Assembly (NCBI RefSeq): GCF_900083515.1
Contig: NZ_LT671858.1
Span: forward strand, 390,001-422,000
Origin: Cuniculiplasma divulgatum
GTDB taxonomy: Archaea; Thermoplasmatota; Thermoplasmata; Thermoplasmatales; Thermoplasmataceae
Direction: 5' to 3'
Length of the DNA stretch: 32,000 bases
Every line of letters starts with the position of its first letter. The first letter of the stretch is position 1. The notes under the pieces are model-generated. The model was given only the letters and a program-made list of their open reading frames with translations. It was not told the DNA's origin and did not search any database. Made by a program: the position numbers and the translations under genes. Shown in pieces: positions 17,636 to 26,012 of this stretch.

Positions 17636-19084
17636 TCAGACAGACTCTATGAGATCATATGATGGCCATCCGCTCTGATCAACCAGAGATTGCACAGAAA
17701 AGTGCTTGTTGCCACCAGAATTGAGGAAGATAAATCCATCCTTATCACGGATGTGTAAGGAGAAAGTTGCATGGTGACTCAGTTTTTTGTAAAAATCTTC
17801 ATCGCATATCATGAACACAGTTCCCGTAAGACGTATTTCATTCAATATGGTTAGAAAATCTCCTATGAAATTTTCGCCATAAGTAAAGTTGAGGAAATCT
17901 GTGGAAAAAATGTATACGTTGGGTCTTTTAGACGAACCTGTAAAATACTCAATTGCCTCACTGGTGAAATCCTCTGTCATTTTCGCCCCTTCAAGGTTTA
18001 TCACGGAGGGATTTGTTCTTTTTGTTTTTTCTGCAGTTATATAATGTTTCAGCTGTTCTGGTTCCATGGTTAAACTGAATATTTTTGCAGACTCATAACT
18101 GCTTGAGGATACATCTATTACTCCTCTCCCCTCTGAGATGGTTCTCCTAACAAGAGAATTTTTAATCAGATTTACTGCAATGTCTGTTCTGTCAGATATT
18201 TCCATTCGATGAATCAGTACAAGAGAACCAATATCAACTGTTCTTTTATTCATTGGAAGCACCTTTGAAATTGCAGAAACACCCATGTCCACAGAATCCT
18301 TGCTCTCTTCGTTATCAGAAAGCATGGGGATTTTATGCGTAGGGTACGAAACAGATATTATTGGAAAAAGGGTAAATCTTCCATTCAGGAGTGAATATGA
18401 AAAGAAAGGAGTAGAACCAAGGGACAGGCCTCTTAGTTTTTCAATCCTCATGTATCTTATCATGTAATTTCTATCTATCTCCATGCTGAGGCTGATAACT
18501 CCATCTGAGAAATATTCTAATTTATCATTTTGTGTTGATTCGAGAACAACTATAAGTCCTGCACCACTCTTTTCAACCAGATCATTCTGCAATATACTGA
18601 AAAGTGTAGTCTCATCAATGCTGTATTTCTGAGCAATAGCCTCGATTGAATCCAGAATTACAACCGGACCAAGTTCAAAATTTTTTTCTACAAATGTATA
18701 AATGGCGTTTAGCTCAGGGATTACCTCTTTTATATCAAATATTAACCCACTGGAACCTGTGAAATCAGAGTTCAGATTCTTTTCTTCAAGAAGTTTTTCA
18801 AGTTTCTTAAGAGATTCTGTGCTGACATATTTAAAATCTTCAGTATACGAAAAATTTTCTTTATTGATTCTATAGGAAATCTGGTCTATAAATGGAAAAG
18901 CATCCTTTAAAGGTTCGTCGTTAAATCTTGAGGAAAGAAAATGTATCGGTTGATTCTCATATAGGCGAGATGCTAACTCCAGACTGAATGTTGTCTTACC
19001 CGTACCGGGTCTTCCTTTTATTATAAGTGACTTCCCAAATTTTTGGTTAAAGAAATCCTTAAACACTTCAAATGGATCTTCCAT
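17636..19084 (-). CDS. KaiC/GvpD-like RecA-superfamily P-loop ATPase with a degenerate second domain
   Basis: N-terminal Walker A LIIKGRPGTGKTTFSLELA (nt about 18992-19015), Walker-B-like VVILDSIEAI, and the KaiC-type block MRIEKLRGLSLGSTPFFSYSLLNGRFTLFP. The C-terminal roughly 230 aa has a similar alpha/beta feel but no P-loop. Confidence 0.7.
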   Translation of the reverse strand: MEDPFEVFKDFFNQKFGKSLIIKGRPGTGKTTFSLELASRLYENQPIHFLSSRFNDEPLKDAFPFIDQISYRINKENFSYTEDFKYVSTESLKKLEKLLEEKNLNSDFTGSSGLIFDIKEVIPELNAIYTFVEKNFELGPVVILDSIEAIAQKYSIDETTLFSILQNDLVEKSGAGLIVVLESTQNDKLEYFSDGVISLSMEIDRNYMIRYMRIEKLRGLSLGSTPFFSYSLLNGRFTLFPIISVSYPTHKIPMLSDNEESKDSVDMGVSAISKVLPMNKRTVDIGSLVLIHRMEISDRTDIAVNLIKNSLVRRTISEGRGVIDVSSSSYESAKIFSLTMEPEQLKHYITAEKTKRTNPSVINLEGAKMTEDFTSEAIEYFTGSSKRPNVYIFSTDFLNFTYGENFIGDFLTILNEIRLTGTVFMICDEDFYKKLSHHATFSLHIRDKDGFIFLNSGGNKHFSVQSLVDQSGWPSYDLIESV

Positions 19085-19560
19085 TAGGTTTTAACCTCTT
19101 ATATTGCGTTGAAAGTTTATCCCAACACTGTTATGTGTAATTTAAATCAGATTTAAACATTTTGGTTTTAATATTTAAAGCACAACCTAAATACCACACT
19201 TTCAATATGAGCACAGCACTGGACGTGTTCACACCATTCCTCTCTGGAATAGGTTGTTATTACCATATTGTTGGTAGATGTATTAGGTTCAACTATTTTA
19301 CTATTATCTTTGGTACTCTTCAGTCTTATCTCTTACAATCGTTCTAAAATCGATCATCATATCATCTCAAGTTCGTGAATTTTTTGGGCAATCAGGATAA
19401 TAAGTAATTTCTTAAATATTCTGAACCGGTTAGTCTAAAACTTACATAACAGGTTAAATTTATATATAGGAACGTTTAATAACTTTCCTTTTGGATGTGT
19501 TCACTCCCAACTGTTATAAAGGATAAATAACAATTTAACCCTTAAAGTAATACCATTAAC

Positions 19561-20529
19561 ATGAGATCTAAAATATCCGTAATAGGAGCAGGAAATGTTG
19601 GAGCTACAGTTGCACAGTTTATTGCACTTAAGGACCTTGGAGATGTATATTTGTTTGATGTTGTTGATGGAGTTCCAGAAGGGAAAGCACTTGATATGAT
19701 GGAAGGAACACCACACTGGGGTACAGATTTGAACATTAAGGGATTCACAACAGTTGATCCGAAGAATTACGAGAATATGAAGGGTTCTGACGTTATTGTT
19801 ATAACTGCTGGTCTTGCAAGAAAACCAGGAATGAGCAGAGATGATCTGCTAGCCAAAAACATAGCCATAATAGCCGATGTTGCAAAAAATGTAAAGAAAT
19901 ATTCTCCAGAATCAGTAATTGTAATCGTATCAAACCCGGCTGATACAATGGCATATGCTTTTCAAAAGGTTAGTGGAATAGAACCAAAGAAAATTATAGG
20001 CTTAGGTGGTTCACTTGACAGTTCAAGATTCAGGACATTCCTCGCAATGGAACTTAAAGCCTCAGTTCAGGATGTAAATGCATTTGTCATAGGTGGTCAT
20101 GGTGATGATATGGTACCATTTATCAGGTATTCTTCTGTTGGAGGCATTCCCATAACAGATCTTCTCAGTAAGGAAAAAATAGATGAAATAGTAAAAAGGA
20201 CGAGATTTGGTGGAGGAGAAATAGTAGATTACCTTAAGACAGGAAGCGCCTACTACGCGCCTGGTATAGCAATAACAGCAATGGTAGAATCAATAATAAA
20301 AGACAGAAGAAGAATGATACCATGTGCCGCGTTTGTGGATGAGAAAACATCAAAGCACTATTCAGCACAGGGACTATTTATTGGACTTCCAATACTTATA
20401 GGAAAAAATGGAGTGGAGAGAATCTTTGATATTAACTTCACAGCAGAGGAAAAGGAGCTTTGGAACAAAACAGTTGCCTCAGTAAAAGGTAACGCAGAAA
20501 AAGTAGATCAGTTCCTAACAAAACAATAA
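19561..20529 (+). CDS. mdh: Malate dehydrogenase (LDH-like family)
   Basis: ISVIGAGNVGAT Rossmann motif, ITAGLARKPGMSRDDL substrate loop (R for oxaloacetate), VSNPAD, and the IGGHGD catalytic histidine. Confidence 0.9.
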   Translation: MRSKISVIGAGNVGATVAQFIALKDLGDVYLFDVVDGVPEGKALDMMEGTPHWGTDLNIKGFTTVDPKNYENMKGSDVIVITAGLARKPGMSRDDLLAKNIAIIADVAKNVKKYSPESVIVIVSNPADTMAYAFQKVSGIEPKKIIGLGGSLDSSRFRTFLAMELKASVQDVNAFVIGGHGDDMVPFIRYSSVGGIPITDLLSKEKIDEIVKRTRFGGGEIVDYLKTGSAYYAPGIAITAMVESIIKDRRRMIPCAAFVDEKTSKHYSAQGLFIGLPILIGKNGVERIFDINFTAEEKELWNKTVASVKGNAEKVDQFLTKQ

Positions 20530-20535
20530 TTTCAT

Positions 20536-21294
20536 TTATTTTTTATATTTTTTTAAGTTTCTTAAATAATCTATATAAAAGTCAGGATATGTTTCATAGG
20601 GAGTCGGATCTATTTCTCCCGCATCCATGAAACCCCTCAATCTAAGTAGACAGGAATCACACCTTCCACATGCTTTTTCTCTGCCATTATAACAGGAATA
20701 TGTGAGTTCATATGGGGCATTATTCTTTATCCCCATAGTTATTATCTCACCCTTATTCAGGTACTGAAGTGGTGCCATTATCTTTAAGTCACTCCTGTCA
20801 AGTCCATGTTGCAGGCTCTGTTCCATTGAGCTTATAAAATTTGGTCTGCAGTCCGGATAACCTGAATAATCTACTGAGTTGACTCCCATCATAATTGTTC
20901 TGGCATCCAGTAATTCTGAGTATGCAGCCGCTATTGATAGGAATAGTATATTCCTGCCAGGAACATAGGTATTGGGAATCTCTTTTCTTTCAAGCTTACC
21001 AATTTCTACTGCCTCATCACCCGTAAGTGAACTACCCCCTATCTGCCTCAGATCTATCTTGAATACAATTCTTTGAATGCCGTAAAAATCAGCAATTTTC
21101 TTTGAGGATTCCAGCTCCCTTCTATGCCTCTGACCGTAATCAAAGCTGAGTCCAGTGATATTATACCCATTTTTCTTTGCGAATGATAAGACCGTTGTAG
21201 AATCCAGCCCTCCTGACATCAATATTATTGCGTTATCCAATTTTCTCACTCCACGAAGCTTTCTGTCCTGGTCCTTCATACACTGAAACTTCAA
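20536..21294 (-). CDS. queC: 7-cyano-7-deazaguanine (preQ0) synthase
   Basis: PP-loop ILMSGGLDSTT, YGQRH, VPGRN, and the C-terminal zinc cysteines CYNG..ACGRCDSC. The longest ORF (TTG 21294) overlaps queD by 62 nt. A TTG at about 21240 (giving MDNAIILMSGG) would overlap the queD stop by only 8 nt and fits the usual QueC N-terminus. Confidence 0.9.
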   Translation of the reverse strand: MKFQCMKDQDRKLRGVRKLDNAIILMSGGLDSTTVLSFAKKNGYNITGLSFDYGQRHRRELESSKKIADFYGIQRIVFKIDLRQIGGSSLTGDEAVEIGKLERKEIPNTYVPGRNILFLSIAAAYSELLDARTIMMGVNSVDYSGYPDCRPNFISSMEQSLQHGLDRSDLKIMAPLQYLNKGEIITMGIKNNAPYELTYSCYNGREKACGRCDSCLLRLRGFMDAGEIDPTPYETYPDFYIDYLRNLKKYKK

Positions 21295-21745
21295 TCAATT
21301 TAACATTCTTCTCAAATTTCACTTTACTGACTATTTCCCTTGCAAAAAATCTTGATAATTCCTCGCTGCTGCTGTAATCAACATCGCACAGATAAACAAA
21401 CTCTTCGGGTATTGACATAGTTTTTCCTTCGTATTTTATTATGAATTGGCCGTTCTCCTTTTTCTGTTCCATATCTTTTCCATGCACGGGAAGTATAAGC
21501 TTATGATCAATTTCCTCAAGAAACTTTCTCATCTCTCTCTTCACGGTCACAAAGTCAGCTACCATACCATTCAGTAATTCTCCTTCTATTCTGATATCGA
21601 TTGCATAATCATGTCCATGTAATCTTTTACACTTATCATGGTATGGAATGAAATGTGCAGCCGAAAACTTCATATTTGTTTCCCATCCATTTATATATAT
21701 ACTCATCATTCTTTCTTCACCCTGTTCTTCCGGATCATATCCCAC
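21233..21745 (-). CDS. queD: 6-carboxy-5,6,7,8-tetrahydropterin synthase (PTPS/QueD family)
   Basis: FSAAHFIPYHDKCKRLHGHDY, the PTPS signature with catalytic Cys and zinc His residues. The probable true start is ATG at 21709 (MMSIYING), which overlaps the SDR stop as ATGA. Confidence 0.85.
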   Translation of the reverse strand: MGYDPEEQGEERMMSIYINGWETNMKFSAAHFIPYHDKCKRLHGHDYAIDIRIEGELLNGMVADFVTVKREMRKFLEEIDHKLILPVHGKDMEQKKENGQFIIKYEGKTMSIPEEFVYLCDVDYSSSEELSRFFAREIVSKVKFEKNVKLIEVSVYEGPGQKASWSEKIG

Positions 21746-22551
21746 ATATTATCATCTATCTGTGAAAGCATGTTGAACTGTCCAGCACCCTGTATCCATT
21801 CTCCACCATCTATAGTTATAATTTCACCATTTATAAACGAAGAATAATCACTGATAAGATATGAAACAAGTTCTGAAATATCATCAGTAGTTCCAAGCCT
21901 TCGCATAGGATTTTTTTCCTTAAGGATTTTTTCATAGCTATCATCTGGAATCAGATTCTTCCATGCTCCTTGAGTCTTGAAAGGACCAGGCGCTACCCCA
22001 TTGGTTCTGATGCCCTTTGGACCCCATTCTACAGCAACACTTCTGGTAAATGCTCTCAAACCACCCTTTGCTGCGGCCGAAGGAGTAACGAATGCTGAAC
22101 CAGTATCCGCGTAAGAAGTTAGTATATTCACAACACTTCCCCTGATCTTCCTTTCCATCCATCTTCTCGATACCTGAACTGAAGTGTTAATTGAACCCAT
22201 TAAAACTATGTCTATTACTGATTTGAAGGCATTCATTGACAGATCTTCCGTCCTCGATATAAAATTACCTGCAGCATTATTTACAAGTCCTATTATCTCT
22301 ATTTTTCTAAAAGTTTCATCAATGAACTCGTTCACAGCGTCAAAGTTTCTTATGTCAATTGCCTTATATTCAAGATTACCATTAATTGCATTCACTCTTT
22401 GTTTTGTTTCCTCAAGGGTTGATTCGGTTCGGCCAAAAGTATAAACACTGGCACCATAACTGGCAAACTTCAGGCAAAGAGACTGCCCAAGACCGGTTCC
22501 ACCTCCGGTGATAATCACCCCCTTATTTTTAAACGGAGTACCTTTCAACAT
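21706..22551 (-). CDS. Short-chain dehydrogenase/reductase, 2,4-dienoyl-CoA reductase (DECR)-like branch
   Basis: VIITGGGTGLGQS, NNAAGNFISRTEDLSMNAFKSVIDIVLMGS, YADTGSAFVTPSAAAKGG, and VAPGPFKTQGAW. These blocks line up with DECR-type SDRs as I remember them (GGGTGLG; NNAAGNFI; S.SAKAG; PGPI.T.GA). Confidence 0.85.
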   Translation of the reverse strand: MLKGTPFKNKGVIITGGGTGLGQSLCLKFASYGASVYTFGRTESTLEETKQRVNAINGNLEYKAIDIRNFDAVNEFIDETFRKIEIIGLVNNAAGNFISRTEDLSMNAFKSVIDIVLMGSINTSVQVSRRWMERKIRGSVVNILTSYADTGSAFVTPSAAAKGGLRAFTRSVAVEWGPKGIRTNGVAPGPFKTQGAWKNLIPDDSYEKILKEKNPMRRLGTTDDISELVSYLISDYSSFINGEIITIDGGEWIQGAGQFNMLSQIDDNMWDMIRKNRVKKE

Positions 22552-22768
22552 AACCTTTGATTATTCATACAACCTTAAGCTTTATGATAAATTAATGAAT
22601 TTTTTTTTGACCATCTGTTCGTTAAAAGATTTTAAGGAGAACCTGGGATATATTTCATGTATATTTCGAAAATATAATATCTAAAGCTCCGATTACCAAC
22701 TGATTCCCAACCAGAAAACCATTTTGATATATTCCAAAATGGAAGCTATTGAAATGGAGTTTGTAAGG

Positions 22769-22784
22769 AATAAAAAAATATATC
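22769..22784 (+). promoter_or_regulatory. A/T-rich TATA-like element upstream of tRNA-Arg
   Basis: ggaataaaaaaatatatcaaatagaaa immediately precedes the tRNA 5' end. The spacing to the mature 5' end is shorter than the canonical -26, so the real TATA box could instead be ttgatatatt at 22724..22733. Confidence 0.25.
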
Positions 22785-22793
22785 AAATAGAAA

Positions 22794-22868
22794 GGGCGCG
22801 TGGCCAAGCCTGGATATGGCAACAGCCTCCTAAGCTGTAGATCAGGGGTCCGAATCCCCTCGCGCCCG
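22794..22868 (+). tRNA. tRNA-Arg (anticodon CCU), 75 nt, no intron, CCA not encoded
   Basis: Folded by hand: acceptor GGGCGCG/CGCGCCC (7 perfect bp); D-stem GCCA/UGGC; anticodon stem ACAGC/GCUGU with loop CU-CCU-AA; variable loop AGAUC; T-stem AGGGG/CCCCU with loop UCCGAAU; discriminator G. Followed by cTTTT (22870..22873). It is the only strongly GC-rich island in the window. Confidence 0.9.
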
Positions 22869-22877
22869 CTTTTGAAT

Positions 22878-23606
22878 CTACTCTATTCTCGGTGCAAGTA
22901 AGAATTTAGCTGTCTTGATACCATCCTTACCTGAAAAGTTGAATTCCATCACAAGGGGATAATCATTGTTAAATGCAATTTTCAACGTATCAGCAAAACT
23001 AACTGCCTTTATTATCTTGCTTAGGTAATCAAGCGGATAACTGCTGGAAGCCTTTTCCTGTGCCTTGACTTCTATCAGATTATCATTATCTATGATAAGG
23101 TCAACCTCCTCTGAATCACTTTTAGAGGTGGCTTCAAATCTCTTATCCTCTATGGTGAACTTTATAGAATCCCTCACATCAGTAGCCGCCCTCAATCCCC
23201 TATCCAGATCTGCCTTCCTTATAACAACATAATTCTTTGGATCCACACTTGGCAGTTTTGGCGAATTCACAAATGTGTCAAGGGTAGATATGGTTTTTGT
23301 GAGATTTCCAAGAGAGAACTTCATTTTAGTTCCAGAAATACTTAATAAAAGATCATCTGATTGGGATGCAAGTCTTAGAACATTTCTTATCTTATCAAGC
23401 TCAACTGAGACCTCAACTTTTTCTTCAAGATCATAAGCTGAAAACGATTCCTTGGGCACAAAAAGGTCAACCATGGCTATCCTAGCGCTATCTATTGCCC
23501 TAACCTTCAGACCATCATTATCAAACTCAAGTTTTGCTTCATTGGTTATTGAACTTAGTATATCTGTTACTTCTTTCAGGTTACTCACACTAGATTTTAA
23601 TTTCAT
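22878..23606 (-). CDS. pcn: DNA polymerase sliding clamp (PCNA)
   Basis: 242 aa. EAKLEFDNDGLKVRAIDSARIAMVDL, SSYPLDYLSKIIKA, DYPLVMEF, and the characteristic C-terminal FLLAPRIE. Confidence 0.9.
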   Translation of the reverse strand: MKLKSSVSNLKEVTDILSSITNEAKLEFDNDGLKVRAIDSARIAMVDLFVPKESFSAYDLEEKVEVSVELDKIRNVLRLASQSDDLLLSISGTKMKFSLGNLTKTISTLDTFVNSPKLPSVDPKNYVVIRKADLDRGLRAATDVRDSIKFTIEDKRFEATSKSDSEEVDLIIDNDNLIEVKAQEKASSSYPLDYLSKIIKAVSFADTLKIAFNNDYPLVMEFNFSGKDGIKTAKFLLAPRIE

Positions 23607-23725
23607 TAGGGGTACAACGCTTTACATTTAGATAAACCTTTTTCAAATGTGATCAATATTTGTTATCAAACCAGGTTTCACATTTTTCAATAAGATTAAT
23701 ATTCTAAATATAACTAAACTAAAAT

Positions 23726-24625
23726 GTGGTGAAGAGAAATATGCATTCAATAAAGATTCGTTACAGGTGGGATTCACAGTTGTTCGACGTTCTCTTTGAA
23801 AACAAAATAACCATAAGAACAAGGGTCTTAAGTGATGATGTAAAACAGGATTTTCTTTTCTTCATTCCATCCGAAGTTGCAAAGAATAGGAGCATAGCAA
23901 CGTTTCTAAAACTGAAGGCAGAAATGGATAGTTACGGAAATTATGTTATGAGTCTTGGTGAAGCAAGCGAGGATTTCGATCATATAAAAAAAATGCTCAG
24001 CATAAGTGGATTTATTGTAGACTACATGGAACTTTCTGGCGAGGGCTTTTCAATTACAGGAAGAGTAATGGATGAAAAACTTGGGGATTTAAACGATATA
24101 ATACTGGATGGTGCAAGAAATCTGGACGATCTTTTTGTTGACTGGATCAGGCCAATTTCAAGCGGGGTAATAGAAGTAGATCCAAAGGTTTATTCGGAAC
24201 AGTTAATGGGAATCACTTTTCTGGATAGTAAAATGGCCAGTTCAAATGACAATATTACCTTTCTGGAAGGTGACACGCCGAGACTTAATAAGGTAACAAT
24301 GATAGGTACACTGGACGACAACTACGATAGGTCAGTGATCAACGTTGAGGAAGTTATAGGAAGTTCAAAGTTTGTGACTTTAAACGGGATTTATTCAGAC
24401 TTTCTTAAAAAGCTTGCATCTGAAAATATTCTAACAGAAAGCAGGGTTCTAAAGGCAAGATTGGGAAAACTATATCTTCAGGTGGTGGTACCACAATTCC
24501 AGCTAATGCAAATTGTCGGGTTATCCACAAAAGAAATGTTCAGTGATCTGATAATTGAGGAAATTTTTAAATATAACGGGAATTCAAGCAGAGAAGAATT
24601 ACTGGAACTTAATTTTGAAAAGTAA
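23726..24625 (+). CDS. Hypothetical protein (294-299 aa), no family recognised
   Basis: GTG at 23726 or ATG at 23741 (MHSIKIRY). Balanced composition. Divergent from PCNA across a 119-bp spacer, with gcvPA 38 nt downstream. Confidence 0.55.
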   Translation: MVKRNMHSIKIRYRWDSQLFDVLFENKITIRTRVLSDDVKQDFLFFIPSEVAKNRSIATFLKLKAEMDSYGNYVMSLGEASEDFDHIKKMLSISGFIVDYMELSGEGFSITGRVMDEKLGDLNDIILDGARNLDDLFVDWIRPISSGVIEVDPKVYSEQLMGITFLDSKMASSNDNITFLEGDTPRLNKVTMIGTLDDNYDRSVINVEEVIGSSKFVTLNGIYSDFLKKLASENILTESRVLKARLGKLYLQVVVPQFQLMQIVGLSTKEMFSDLIIEEIFKYNGNSSREELLELNFEK

Positions 24626-24662
24626 AATAAGAGCGGAATTTCTGACTATATTTTAATAATGG

Positions 24663-26012
24663 TTGATGATTACTTTAGTGGTTGATTCCATGGACACAGA
24701 TAACGATTTACTGGCTTATTTGGGAATGAATGATTATGAGGATCTTTTTAGGGATATACCAAATAACATCAGAAGTGATATAAAATCCATTGGCGGTGGC
24801 AGGTCAGAGATGGACGTGATGTTTGAATCAGAAAGGATAGGTTCTAAGAATGCAATAAACATGAAAATTTTTCTTGGATTGGGTGCATATGAAAGATTCA
24901 TTCCATCGTCTATTCCAAATATCATAATGAGAAATGAATTCATTACATCATATACGCCATATCAGGCAGAGATATCCCAGGGCATGCTTCACTCACTCTT
25001 TGAGTATCAAAGCATAATATCTGACCTTTCAAAAATGGATGTAACGAACTCATCCATGTATGACGGACCTACGGGGCTTGGCGAGGCCGTGAGAATGGCT
25101 CACAGAATAAATGGTAAAAAGACAGTTCTTATACCAGAAAATATAAGATTGTCTCACAGGCAGGTAATAAAAACATATATTACAGGATTAGACATATTAC
25201 TTAAACCATATCCGGTTAATGAAGATGGTACTATCAATCTTGATAAACTAATTCAACTGATAGACGAGGATACTTCTGCAATCATTACTTACAATCCTTC
25301 AAACTATGGGACAATAGATCCAGGTGTGGCCAATATTAAGGAAATCAAGAAGGCTGCTATACATATAGCATATTATGACCCTGTTTCACTGGCAATAATA
25401 AAATCCCCCGGAGATTATGATGCTGATATAGCGGTTGGAGAAGGACAGCAACTAGGTATCTCACTAAGCTATGGGGGTCCCTATCTGGGTATTTTCTCAT
25501 TCAAGGAGAAATATGTAAGAAAATCACCTGGAAGGCTTATAGGGGAAACCGTTGACACAAAAGGAAAAAGGGCATTTGTGATGACACTTCAAACGAGGGA
25601 GCAGCATATACGAAGGGACAAGGCGATGAGCAATATTTGTACAAACCAGGCATTACTTGCCATAGCCTCCTCTGCATATCTTTCCATACTCGGAAAAAAA
25701 GGATTGAGATGGGTAGCTTCAAGATCCATGGAAAATGTTAGTAAAACGTTCAAAAAAATGGAAAAGGTCAGCTATGTGAAGGTCCACAAATGGAAGAACC
25801 CCTTTTTTACCGATTTTATTGTTGATGCAGGTGTAAAATCAGATACACTTATGGCCAATCTCGAAAAGGCTGGGTTTCTAGGGGGATTAAAGGCTAATAG
25901 TTTCTTATTTACTATGCCTGACAAATTAAAAAATGATGTATTCTTTGCAGCTACAGAAATGAGGAATGATAGTGAAATTGATCAATTAATAACGGCGATG
26001 GAGGCGATCTAA
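24663..26012 (+). CDS. gcvPA: Glycine dehydrogenase (decarboxylating) subunit 1
   Basis: LLAYLGMNDYEDLFRDIP, FITSYTPYQAEISQGMLHSLFEYQS, and SNICTNQAL. The start is uncertain (TTG 24663, ATG 24666, ATG 24690). Its stop overlaps the gcvPB ATG by 1 nt (TAATG). Confidence 0.9.
   Translation: MMITLVVDSMDTDNDLLAYLGMNDYEDLFRDIPNNIRSDIKSIGGGRSEMDVMFESERIGSKNAINMKIFLGLGAYERFIPSSIPNIIMRNEFITSYTPYQAEISQGMLHSLFEYQSIISDLSKMDVTNSSMYDGPTGLGEAVRMAHRINGKKTVLIPENIRLSHRQVIKTYITGLDILLKPYPVNEDGTINLDKLIQLIDEDTSAIITYNPSNYGTIDPGVANIKEIKKAAIHIAYYDPVSLAIIKSPGDYDADIAVGEGQQLGISLSYGGPYLGIFSFKEKYVRKSPGRLIGETVDTKGKRAFVMTLQTREQHIRRDKAMSNICTNQALLAIASSAYLSILGKKGLRWVASRSMENVSKTFKKMEKVSYVKVHKWKNPFFTDFIVDAGVKSDTLMANLEKAGFLGGLKANSFLFTMPDKLKNDVFFAATEMRNDSEIDQLITAMEAI

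Noticed and set aside
19300-19375. A possible C/D-box sRNA on the minus strand (AUGAUGA at about 19357..19351, CUGA about 30 nt downstream)
   Set aside because: The spacing does not fit the archaeal C - 12 nt - D' - C' - 12 nt - D layout. There are no convincing C'/D' boxes or terminal stem, and ATGATGA is expected by chance in AT-rich DNA.
19085-19560. A replication origin, suggested by a long AT-rich spacer and by PCNA and RPA in the same window
   Set aside because: There is no orc1/cdc6 gene adjacent, and no repeated ORB or mini-ORB elements. Only two dissimilar short dyads were seen, and PCNA and RPA are 3-10 kb away.
22660-22676. The near-palindrome TATATTT-CGA-AAATATA in the spacer upstream of the tRNA
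   Set aside because: It is a pure A/T palindrome of 7-bp arms in an AT-rich spacer. It is most simply a bidirectional TATA-like sequence or chance, and there is no second copy.
22552-22880. tRNA-Arg as an integration site for a mobile element
   Set aside because: There is no integrase or other mobile-element gene on either side; the neighbours are the SDR/que operon and PCNA. I did not notice any duplicated copy of the GC-rich tRNA 3' end elsewhere in the window.
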